A stretch of DNA of 64,000 nt from an uncultured Opitutales bacterium (lineage in GTDB: Bacteria > Verrucomicrobiota > Verrucomicrobiia > Opitutales > JABDGR01), in the NCBI GenBank assembly GCA_964562015.1, contig CAZLRH010000008.1, positions 26,500-90,499 of the forward strand, written 5' to 3'. The notes under the pieces are model-generated. The model was given only the letters and a program-made list of their open reading frames with translations. It made no database searches and was not told where the DNA came from. This document shows positions 27,014-34,688 of the stretch, piece by piece (within the stretch, counting starts at the first letter, position 1; the number at the start of each line of letters is the position of its first letter). Position numbers and translations under genes: made by a program.

Positions 27014-27490
27014 TTACAGTTCACTGTCAGGCGTCTCGGTGACAGGAATTTGCGCTGTAGCCAGGGTGTTGTCTTCGTGGAGAAATCTCTCAAGAAGAGA
27101 GATCAGAGTTTCCAAACCCAACCAGTGTACCGGCGCGCCCAACCACCAAGAAACCTTCAAATCAAGCCCGCCACTGGAAATTTCCACTTTGGTTGAATGT
27201 CCATCACAGCCAAACGTTTGGTTGGCCCAAATGCCTATTGTCAATACGTCCATCAAACACCGGACTGCTTTTGCCTCCTCGCGGGAGAGCTCTTTCTGAC
27301 GCCAGGGACGGTGCCATGCCGACTTATATCCCTCGAATTTTCTGAAATCCTCCGCAATATAGTACGCTTCATCACCGTTCACATATCGTGAAGCCAGCAC
27401 TAAAACAGTCTCGCCCTGAAAACTCTCAGACTTTGTCACCTTGATGAGAGGATGTTCCAGTAAAGATTCGTCAATGGCCTCGGTGATCAT
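27014..27490 (-). CDS. Hypothetical protein, low-GC orphan inserted between MoxR and DUF58
   Basis: 158-aa ORF co-oriented with the operon, with 39-nt and 30-nt gaps to its neighbours. I recognise no family motif. Line 27061-27120 is 28/60 G+C against 39/60 for line 26881-26940. Confidence 0.5.
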   Translation of the reverse strand: MITEAIDESLLEHPLIKVTKSESFQGETVLVLASRYVNGDEAYYIAEDFRKFEGYKSAWHRPWRQKELSREEAKAVRCLMDVLTIGIWANQTFGCDGHSTKVEISSGGLDLKVSWWLGAPVHWLGLETLISLLERFLHEDNTLATAQIPVTETPDSEL

Positions 27491-27529
27491 TGGAGTAAGG
27501 AAACTGAGGGAGTAGATCCGTCTTTGCCT

Positions 27530-28558
27530 TCACACATCCTTCGGAATCGCATCGACGAGCTTTTGGATGATTTGCTCGACGGAAACCCCGTCGGCCTCGG
27601 CGCGGTAATTGAGGAGGATGCGGTGACGGAAGACGGGGGCGGCCAGGGCGCGCACGTCGTCGCCGTTGGCGTGGGAGCGGCCCTGCCAGAGTGCGCGGGC
27701 CTTGGCGCCAATGACGAGCGCCTGCGCGGCGCGGGTGCCCGCACCCCAGTTGACCCAGTTGTTGATGAATTCCGGGGCGTGCGGCCGGCGCGGGCGCGTG
27801 GCCACGGCCAGGCGCACGGCGTAACGCACCACGGCTTCGGCCACCGGCACGCGGCGCACGAGTTCGTGAAATTGCACGACATCCTCCGCGGAGAAAACCC
27901 CGTTGATAGGTTCGGGCTGGCGCGAGGTCGTCTGCGTGACGACGGCAATTTCGTCGGCCTCGGGGAGATAATCGATGAGGACGTTGAAAAGAAAACGGTC
28001 GAGCTGGGCTTCGGGCAGCGGATACGTGCCCTCCATTTCGACGGGGTTCTGCGTGGCGAGGACGAAGAACGGCTCGGCCAAAACGTGGCGCACCCCGGCG
28101 GCGGTGACCTGGTGCTCCTGCATCGCTTCGAGCAGCGCGGCCTGCGTCTTCGGCGGCGTGCGGTTGATTTCGTCGGCCAGGATGATGTTGGCGAAAATGG
28201 GCCCGCGCACGAAGGTCAGGTGGCGGCCCTTCTCCGTTTCGGTGAGAATCTCGGTGCCAGTGATGTCCGCGGGCATCAAGTCCGGCGTGAACTGAATGCG
28301 CTGGAACTGGAGCTGGAAAACCCGGGCGACGGATTTGACCAGGAGGGTCTTGGCCAGACCCGGCGCACCGGTGACAAGGCAGTGGCCGCCAGCGAGCAGG
28401 GCGAGCATCAGTTGCTCGACCACGTCACGCTGGCCCACGATGACCTTGCCCAGTTCGGTTTCAATTTTTTCGCGGCCGGCCTGCAGGCGCTCGAACGCGG
28501 CTTGTTCGGGGGAGTTTGGGAGGGTTTCGACGGGCATAAAATTTGAGATGAAGGTCAC
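27530..28558 (-). CDS. MoxR-family AAA+ ATPase
   Basis: Walker A GAPGLAKT, Walker B ILADEINR, and the LLEAMQE...ATQNP...EGTYPLPEAQLDRF block are all MoxR/AAA_3 hallmarks. GTG start at 28558, 3 nt after the upstream stop. An alternative ATG lies at 28537. Confidence 0.93.
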   Translation of the reverse strand: MTFISNFMPVETLPNSPEQAAFERLQAGREKIETELGKVIVGQRDVVEQLMLALLAGGHCLVTGAPGLAKTLLVKSVARVFQLQFQRIQFTPDLMPADITGTEILTETEKGRHLTFVRGPIFANIILADEINRTPPKTQAALLEAMQEHQVTAAGVRHVLAEPFFVLATQNPVEMEGTYPLPEAQLDRFLFNVLIDYLPEADEIAVVTQTTSRQPEPINGVFSAEDVVQFHELVRRVPVAEAVVRYAVRLAVATRPRRPHAPEFINNWVNWGAGTRAAQALVIGAKARALWQGRSHANGDDVRALAAPVFRHRILLNYRAEADGVSVEQIIQKLVDAIPKDV

Positions 28559-28561
28559 CGC

Positions 28562-29794
28562 TCAGTGCGTCATGGCATAGAACAGGATGTTGATGAAAAC
28601 GGGATAGGCAAACGGCTCGGAGAAAGTCTTGAAATAACTGAGATCGGCGCCCTCGCGTTCCCAGCCGTCGCCGAAATCATTGTTATGGCTGATAAACACC
28701 ATAACCCGTCCCTTGTCGTCACTAATCGTAAAGAAATGCGAGTCGTGGGTCTCTTGCTCATAGGGCTTGTTGTCCTCATAGTACATGCCCCGGCGCGTGA
28801 AAAAGCCGATGGAGGGCATCTGCGGCTTTTGCTTGAGGTCGAAAATGTTGTGGAAAATCGGGTGCTCGAGGCCGATTTCCACGGGGCGCCGGTCGGGAAA
28901 GATGCGCCCGAGTTGCTCGAAGATGTTGTTGCGCTCGTTGTCACCCCAGTTGTCGTCCATCATCAAAAATCCGCCGTTGAGCAGGTAGCGGCGCAGGTAG
29001 GTTACTTCCTCGTCCCGGAACACCAGCCGGCCGGGCTCGACGATATAAACAAAGGGATAGTTCGCGAGATTCTGCGGGGTGATGTGGAAGGTGTTGATGC
29101 CCGGCGTGACGCGCAGGCTCGTGATTTGGTGCAAGCGGAACGACAAATCGAAATCCGCGTCCGGGGTGTCGGTGGTCCAACGGCCACCGGTGCGGTAATT
29201 GCCATTGGCCATGGGGCCGCCAAAAGAATCGTATTCGAGGCGGGCAAACGTGAAAGCGTCCTGCGCGAATTCCGGCTCGAGGGTCCAGGCGAGGTCGGCC
29301 GGTTCTTCACCGTGATGTCCGTTCTCGGTGACGAAGCCCGGATTGTCAGCGCCAAAACCACCGCCACCGCGCCGCCCTCCGCCACCACCGCCAAAGCCTC
29401 CACCACCGCCACCTCGACGCCCGCCACCGCCACCGGGGCCGCCGAAGCCACCGCCCGGGCCGCCACCGCCACCGCCGCGCCGCCCGCCGCCGCCGGGTCC
29501 GCCGCTGAAACCGCCACCATTCGGCGGACCATTCGCGCCAGGAGGCGGATTATTCAAATCTTCGGTTGCGCCCGAGTAAGCGCCGCCATTGGGGCCACCC
29601 GCATTCGGGCCGCCGCGACCGCCAGCACCGGGACCGCCGCGACCCGCGCGACCGCCGGGCGGGCCGAGGCCGGGAGCCGTGCCCGGATCACTGAGGGGGC
29701 TATTCTGCCCCATGACCCATGGACCAAGCAAAACTCCGCCCAAGGCCGCCCAAGCGAGGGCCAATAACATGCGGGGTAATTTGCGGGGGCTCAT
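28562..29794 (-). CDS. DUF4159 domain protein, paralog 1, with about 115-aa Gly/Arg-rich (RGG-like) N-terminal region
   Basis: Signal/TM segment, then GGGGRRGGGGGG tracts. The core follows: FTFARLEYDS, DTPDADFDLSFRLHQITSLRV, PFVYIVEPG, LLNGGFLMMDDNWGD, and the terminal INILFYAMTH. Confidence 0.75.
   Translation of the reverse strand: MSPRKLPRMLLALAWAALGGVLLGPWVMGQNSPLSDPGTAPGLGPPGGRAGRGGPGAGGRGGPNAGGPNGGAYSGATEDLNNPPPGANGPPNGGGFSGGPGGGGRRGGGGGGPGGGFGGPGGGGGRRGGGGGGFGGGGGGRRGGGGFGADNPGFVTENGHHGEEPADLAWTLEPEFAQDAFTFARLEYDSFGGPMANGNYRTGGRWTTDTPDADFDLSFRLHQITSLRVTPGINTFHITPQNLANYPFVYIVEPGRLVFRDEEVTYLRRYLLNGGFLMMDDNWGDNERNNIFEQLGRIFPDRRPVEIGLEHPIFHNIFDLKQKPQMPSIGFFTRRGMYYEDNKPYEQETHDSHFFTISDDKGRVMVFISHNNDFGDGWEREGADLSYFKTFSEPFAYPVFINILFYAMTH
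29345..29690 (-). repeat. Low-complexity Gly/Arg/Pro/Asn-coding tract (RGG/FG-like)
   Basis: Runs of ccgccaccgcc on the plus strand. Encodes ...GGGGRRGGGGGGPGGGFGGPGGGGGRRGGGGGGFGGGGGGRRGGGGFG... Confidence 0.85.
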
Positions 29795-29863
29795 GGGGTA
29801 AGCGGCTCGTCTCGCCGTCCACGCGAATAAACCAGAAGGCGCGGACGAAGACGATGGGTAAAC

Positions 29864-30796
29864 TTAATGCGTCATCGTGTAAAAGAGAATGTTGATCATC
29901 ATCGGGTAAGCTTGGGGTTCGGAAAAAAGGTCGAAGTAACGGTGGTCATCGCCCTCGTGCTCCCAGCCGTCGCCGTAGTGGTTGTTGCGGCAAATGAGCA
30001 TCATCATGCGGCCCTTATCGTCGCTGACCGCGTAATAATGCGGGTCGTGGTCGGTGGTGTAATCCGCCGGATCGTAGGCCTGGCCGGTGCGCAGGAAAAT
30101 GCCCACGCTGGGCATCTGCGGGCGATACCGGAATTCGAACACCTGGTGAAAAATCGGGTGGCTCAGCGGCAGCTCGACTATTTCGCGGTCGGGAAAGATG
30201 CGTTTGACCTCCGCAAAAACGTGCGCCCACTGGCTGTCGCCCCAAAAATCCTCCGCCATGACAAAGCCGCCATTGGTCATGTACGTGTGTAAGTACCGGA
30301 CCTCCTCGTTGGTCAAATTCATCCCCGCCGTGGCGGCCAGGTACACGAAAGGATGCGCGGCCAGATTCTCCGGCGTGATGGTGATGTATTTGAAACCGGG
30401 ATGCACTTTCAGGCTTGTCACCTGATATAGCCGGAAGCCGAGATTGAGGTCGGCATCGGGGGTGTCATCGTCCCAAAAGCGCCTCCCGAAACCGCCGCCG
30501 CTGGAGCTGTAGATGAGCCGGGCAAAAGTGAAAACGTCCTCCTTGAAATCCGGATGAATGGCCTTGGTCATGAGTTCGATCAAGTCGTCCTCGTCGGCCG
30601 TCGTGCGGGTGGCGCGGGAAAGCGGGTCGCGCCCGCCCGGGCCGCCCCGGCCGAGCTGGCCCATTCCGGGCGGAGTCACCGGCGTCATTGTCCGCGCACT
30701 TCCGGCCTGCACGACCGGAGCAGATAAACCCAGCAGCCCCGCCGACAGCAGCGCGGCGAGCCAGGCCCGGCGGCGGAAAGAGTTGGAGGTGTGCAT
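29864..30796 (-). CDS. DUF4159 domain protein, paralog 2
   Basis: Signal peptide. Shares FTFARLIYSS, DTPDADLNLGFRLYQVTSLKV, PFVYLAATAG, MTNGGFVMAEDFWGD and the terminal INILFYTMTH with its neighbours. Confidence 0.75.
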   Translation of the reverse strand: MHTSNSFRRRAWLAALLSAGLLGLSAPVVQAGSARTMTPVTPPGMGQLGRGGPGGRDPLSRATRTTADEDDLIELMTKAIHPDFKEDVFTFARLIYSSSGGGFGRRFWDDDTPDADLNLGFRLYQVTSLKVHPGFKYITITPENLAAHPFVYLAATAGMNLTNEEVRYLHTYMTNGGFVMAEDFWGDSQWAHVFAEVKRIFPDREIVELPLSHPIFHQVFEFRYRPQMPSVGIFLRTGQAYDPADYTTDHDPHYYAVSDDKGRMMMLICRNNHYGDGWEHEGDDHRYFDLFSEPQAYPMMINILFYTMTH

Positions 30797-30835
30797 GGGG
30801 CGGGGAAACGGGGGGGCGAAATTCTCCAGGACGGT

Positions 30836-31723
30836 TCAGTGCGTCATGGTGTAGAAAATGATATTAATCATCATGGGGTAGGCCTGCGGCTCGGAAAAGG
30901 CGGTGAAGTAGCGCGGGTCGTCGCCCTCGCGCTCCCAGCCGTCGCCAAAATCATTGTTGAAGCTGATGAAGACCATCATGCGGCCCTTGTCGTCGAAGAT
31001 GCCGTAGAAATGGGAATCGTGCGTCTGTTTGTTGTAATCGCCCCAATGGCGCTCCCAGGTGATGCCCTCGTTGAGATAAATCTCGATGGCCGGCATTTGC
31101 GGCTTTTGCTTGAGGTCGAAGACGGTGTGAAAAATCGGGTGGCTGAGGTCCAACTCCACGAACTTGCGGCCCGGAAATACCCGGTGCAACTGCTCTTCGA
31201 GGTTGTCCCACTGGTTGTCGCCCCAAAAATCATCCACCATGAGAAACCCGCCGTTCAACAAATAGTCGCGTAGCGCGGTGACTTCGGACTGCCGGAAGAC
31301 GAGGCTGCCGGGTTCGACGATGTAAACGAAGGGGAAATTCGCGAGGTGCGCGGGATCGATGGGGATGTCGGTTTCCTTGGGGCGTACGCGCAGGCTCGTC
31401 ATCTGGTGGAGCCGGAAAGCGAGGTTGAAGTCGGCATCGGGCGTGTCCACCGTCCAACTGTTGCCTCCCCCGCGATAGTAGCCGTTGGACGTGCGGCCGC
31501 CGGGGTCCGAGGCATACATCAGCCGCGCGAAGGTGAAGAGGTCGTCCTTGAACGCGGGTTCAACGGGCCAATCCAGCCGGGGGTCGTCGAGCGACGGATC
31601 AAACCGCCGGCCATAACCGCCACCGCCGCGGCCGCCAAATTGCGCCCACAGCGCAGCGGACACCAGCACCCCGGCCAGCATAAAGCCGGCCCGGCGAAAA
31701 TGGACTGCGTTTAAAAAGCGCAC
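30836..31723 (-). CDS. DUF4159 domain protein, paralog 3
   Basis: Shares FTFARLMYAS, DTPDADFNLAFRLHQMTSLRV, PFVYIVEPG, LLNGGFLMVDDFWGD and the terminal INIIFYTMTH. GTG start at 31723; an alternative ATG lies at 31681. Confidence 0.75.
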   Translation of the reverse strand: MRFLNAVHFRRAGFMLAGVLVSAALWAQFGGRGGGGYGRRFDPSLDDPRLDWPVEPAFKDDLFTFARLMYASDPGGRTSNGYYRGGGNSWTVDTPDADFNLAFRLHQMTSLRVRPKETDIPIDPAHLANFPFVYIVEPGSLVFRQSEVTALRDYLLNGGFLMVDDFWGDNQWDNLEEQLHRVFPGRKFVELDLSHPIFHTVFDLKQKPQMPAIEIYLNEGITWERHWGDYNKQTHDSHFYGIFDDKGRMMVFISFNNDFGDGWEREGDDPRYFTAFSEPQAYPMMINIIFYTMTH

Positions 31724-31730
31724 AAAAATT

Positions 31731-34484
31731 TCACGGAGTGTTGGTCACCGGCGTGGCGGGCGGCGTGGCGGCAGGAACAGCCGGGGCCGGCGCGGGGGCA
31801 GGCGGCAGGGCGGCGAGCAATTCGTAGGCGGCGCGGAAGCGCGGCGCATCCTCCAACGCTTGGAGCACCTGCCGGCGGGCCGCTTCGACATCGCTCGGCT
31901 GCAACTGGCGGGCCAGGCGGTAATGCACGTCGGGCGCATCCGGCGGATCGAGTTGAAGAAGCGCGTTGCCGGCCTCAATGGCAGCCTTGGCATCGCCATT
32001 GTGTTCGTTGGCGGCCAGCAATTGACGCCACGGCGTCGGCGCGAGCGGATTGATGGCCAGCCACGCCTCGCTCCAGCGGTGCACCGCCGGCCAATCTTGT
32101 TCGACTTGGGCAATGTCCAGCAGGCGCGTAACGGTGTTGAGGGAATCCCCTTCGTGCTCGGCGACCGCCGTCAGCGCGGCCTTTTCACCCGCCGTGTCGT
32201 TGAGCTTGGCGCAGGCCGCGGCGAGCAGGAGGTAGGGATTTTGCGCGCCGGGAACGTAGAAACCCTTGGTGGTGAGTTCCTGCAATTGCTGGCGCACGGC
32301 GGTCCACTCTTCCTTGTCGGCCAGCGCGCGGATTTGCGCGAGGCGGTCGTAATAATTGTTGGGATTGGGCGGCGGGGCCGGGGTGTTTTCGTCGGTCGGC
32401 GGCTTCGGCCGGGTGAAATCGAGCCCGGCAAAAGTCTTGGTCGCACGGTCGCGCGCATACTCGGCAAACTGGGTGTCCAGTTTGTCCAAGGGCGCGAGGT
32501 TCGCGGCCAGTGATTCGTTCATGTTCTTGCCCGCGCCGAGGTCATGGAGGACGGCCTTGAGGCGGTCGAACCCGTACCGCTCAATGAGAAATTGCACGAC
32601 GAGCGACGATTCATAGTAGGCGAACTGCATATCCGCCGAGCTCTTGGCCTTGATAAAGGCGGCGCTCATGCCGCTGATCGGCTGCATTTTGCCGTCGAGG
32701 ATGCGGTCGTGGTAATCGAGCGACATCTTCATGCCCCAGGCGGGATCGGCCAATTGCTCCTCATAGACGGAAATGCCCTCGCTCAACCACCGCGGCATGC
32801 GGTTGCGCGTCATGGTCAGCGTGATGACGTGGACGAATTCATGCCAGAGCACGTCCTTCCAATTCGCGCCGGAAGAGGCCGGGCTATTGATGGTCACGAC
32901 CGGGCCAAAGGTCACCCCGAGAAACCCGCCGATGTCGGGCATCCCGAAGGTGCGGACGGCGAAATCGTCGGGGTTGGGATAAATCTCGACGGTGGTGGGC
33001 AAATCGAGCGGCAGGCCGTACTTGGCCGTCATTTTCGTGCGCTCATCTTCGAGCATGGACAGCACGCGGTCGCCATATACCGGGGCCTCGGTTTGGGCCA
33101 TGCGAATGTTGAAATGCGGGCTGGTGATCGTGGTGAATTTATCCAACTGATCGTGCAGCGTGGTGAGATTGAAGGCCTCGATGTCGTAGGCGTCGTCGGT
33201 ATGGGCGCGGGTGGCCATCTCCCAGCCCTGTGATTCGAGGCCCATGCGGAGCAAATCCTGGGCGAGCTCGACGCGGGCGGGCGTGTTCTTGTCGTCAAAT
33301 TTGAGCGCCGAGGTTTCCGCCGAGGCGGCTTGAATAAAGCGGTAATTTTCGGCCAGCTTTTTGCCGATGAGGTAGTCCACCTGAGGATTAGTTTTCCAGG
33401 TGGAGAGGGCCTTGTCGCGATATTCGGCGGCCTTGGCGGTGTCGTTGTCAAGCGTGGCCATGGCGGAAAGCAGCGCAAGGGCGGTGGGTTCGGTGGGATT
33501 GAGCGCGAGGATCTTGGCGAGCTGGTCGCGGGCGTTGTCGTATTGCTCGCCGTCGATTAAATTTTCGGCGAGCAGCAGGAGCGTGGGAATGTGCTTCGGA
33601 TTGATGCCGAGCGCGGCGGAGGCAAAACTGCCGTACTCGTCGTCATGACTGGCACGGTGGGCGGCGGCGAGACCGTAGAGCATGTCGGCGTCGTCGGGAA
33701 AAGCCGTGGCGCCGGCTTGATAGGTGCGGGCCGCCAGCGCGTAGTCGTGCTTGTCCATGGCCAGCTTGCCGATGGCGAGAAAGGCGTCGCGCACGGGCGG
33801 GGTCGCGCGCTGGCCGAGGCGCAGAAAATTTTCGAGGACAAGTTTCGGTTCGGCGCCGAGAATGAGGGCGGCTTCGCCCAGCGAGGTGACAAAACCCGGG
33901 TCGCGCTCGTAACGGCCGCGCGACTGGATGATGCTGCTGATGGCGGAGAGCTGGCGCGCCGCCTCGTCGGGCTTGCCGGCAAACAAATCCGCCTGGCGGG
34001 CCAGCAACCGCAAACGGATGCTGTCACTATTATATTGGACGCCCTGATTGAGGGCCGCTTCCGCCTCGGAGTAATTGCCCAGCGTCAGCAGAACTTCGCC
34101 GTTCAACCGCCACCAGGCTTCACTATAATGATTGGCCTTGGCCCCAGCATCGGCGGCCTTGAGGGCACCCGCGTAATCGCCGGTGCGATACATTTGAATG
34201 GCCGCAGCCAAGGCGGGATCGACGGGGGCCACGGGCGTGGCCGCAGGCAGCGAGGCCGCGGCCGTCGCCGCGTTGGGTGCCACGGCGGGACGATTGGAAA
34301 TTGCCGGGGTGGAAGGCGGCGGCGGGCGCGACGTTGGGGGCGGCGGCGGGGGAGGCGGAGGCGGCACGGGCGCGGGCACGGTGGCCGCCGGCAAATCGAT
34401 AAAATTTAAGACCAGGCAAATTACGCCCAACCATCCGGGGTACTTGCGCAAGGCGGGGGAACGGCGCGAGCGGCAGGGTATCAT
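31731..34484 (-). CDS. Membrane-anchored poly-Pro / TPR-repeat protein with HExxH (gluzincin-like) peptidase-type domain
   Basis: Start reset to MIPCRS (ATG 34484). TM segment YPGWLGVICLVLNFI and a P10 run. TPR-like helices lie on both sides of VLWHEFVHVITL...WLSEGISVYEE (HExxH plus a downstream Glu). Confidence 0.65.
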   Translation of the reverse strand: MIPCRSRRSPALRKYPGWLGVICLVLNFIDLPAATVPAPVPPPPPPPPPPTSRPPPPSTPAISNRPAVAPNAATAAASLPAATPVAPVDPALAAAIQMYRTGDYAGALKAADAGAKANHYSEAWWRLNGEVLLTLGNYSEAEAALNQGVQYNSDSIRLRLLARQADLFAGKPDEAARQLSAISSIIQSRGRYERDPGFVTSLGEAALILGAEPKLVLENFLRLGQRATPPVRDAFLAIGKLAMDKHDYALAARTYQAGATAFPDDADMLYGLAAAHRASHDDEYGSFASAALGINPKHIPTLLLLAENLIDGEQYDNARDQLAKILALNPTEPTALALLSAMATLDNDTAKAAEYRDKALSTWKTNPQVDYLIGKKLAENYRFIQAASAETSALKFDDKNTPARVELAQDLLRMGLESQGWEMATRAHTDDAYDIEAFNLTTLHDQLDKFTTITSPHFNIRMAQTEAPVYGDRVLSMLEDERTKMTAKYGLPLDLPTTVEIYPNPDDFAVRTFGMPDIGGFLGVTFGPVVTINSPASSGANWKDVLWHEFVHVITLTMTRNRMPRWLSEGISVYEEQLADPAWGMKMSLDYHDRILDGKMQPISGMSAAFIKAKSSADMQFAYYESSLVVQFLIERYGFDRLKAVLHDLGAGKNMNESLAANLAPLDKLDTQFAEYARDRATKTFAGLDFTRPKPPTDENTPAPPPNPNNYYDRLAQIRALADKEEWTAVRQQLQELTTKGFYVPGAQNPYLLLAAACAKLNDTAGEKAALTAVAEHEGDSLNTVTRLLDIAQVEQDWPAVHRWSEAWLAINPLAPTPWRQLLAANEHNGDAKAAIEAGNALLQLDPPDAPDVHYRLARQLQPSDVEAARRQVLQALEDAPRFRAAYELLAALPPAPAPAPAVPAATPPATPVTNTP

Positions 34485-34513
34485 GGCGGCCACATTAAGG
34501 GTAATTGCACAAC

Positions 34514-34529
34514 TGGCAAGGGGCTTGCG
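34514..34529 (+). promoter_or_regulatory. Candidate sigma-54 (-24/-12) promoter
   Basis: cTGGCAaGgggcTTGCg against the consensus TGGCACG-N4-TTGCW, with correct GG-to-GC spacing of 12 nt. It sits in the divergent intergenic region about 160 nt upstream of the 34689 ATG. Confidence 0.35.
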
Positions 34530-34688
34530 CAACGCCGAAGCCGCGCCCTCATCCCCCAAGCACCGCTTTATAGACTCCGGCAAAGCGATTTTGTTACAGG
34601 ACGGCTGATTTTCGTGCTGTCCACAAGAAAAATTGCCTGCCGGGGAAACTTGCCCCCGCGGACATTTGTCCCCACGCTGGATTTCCAC

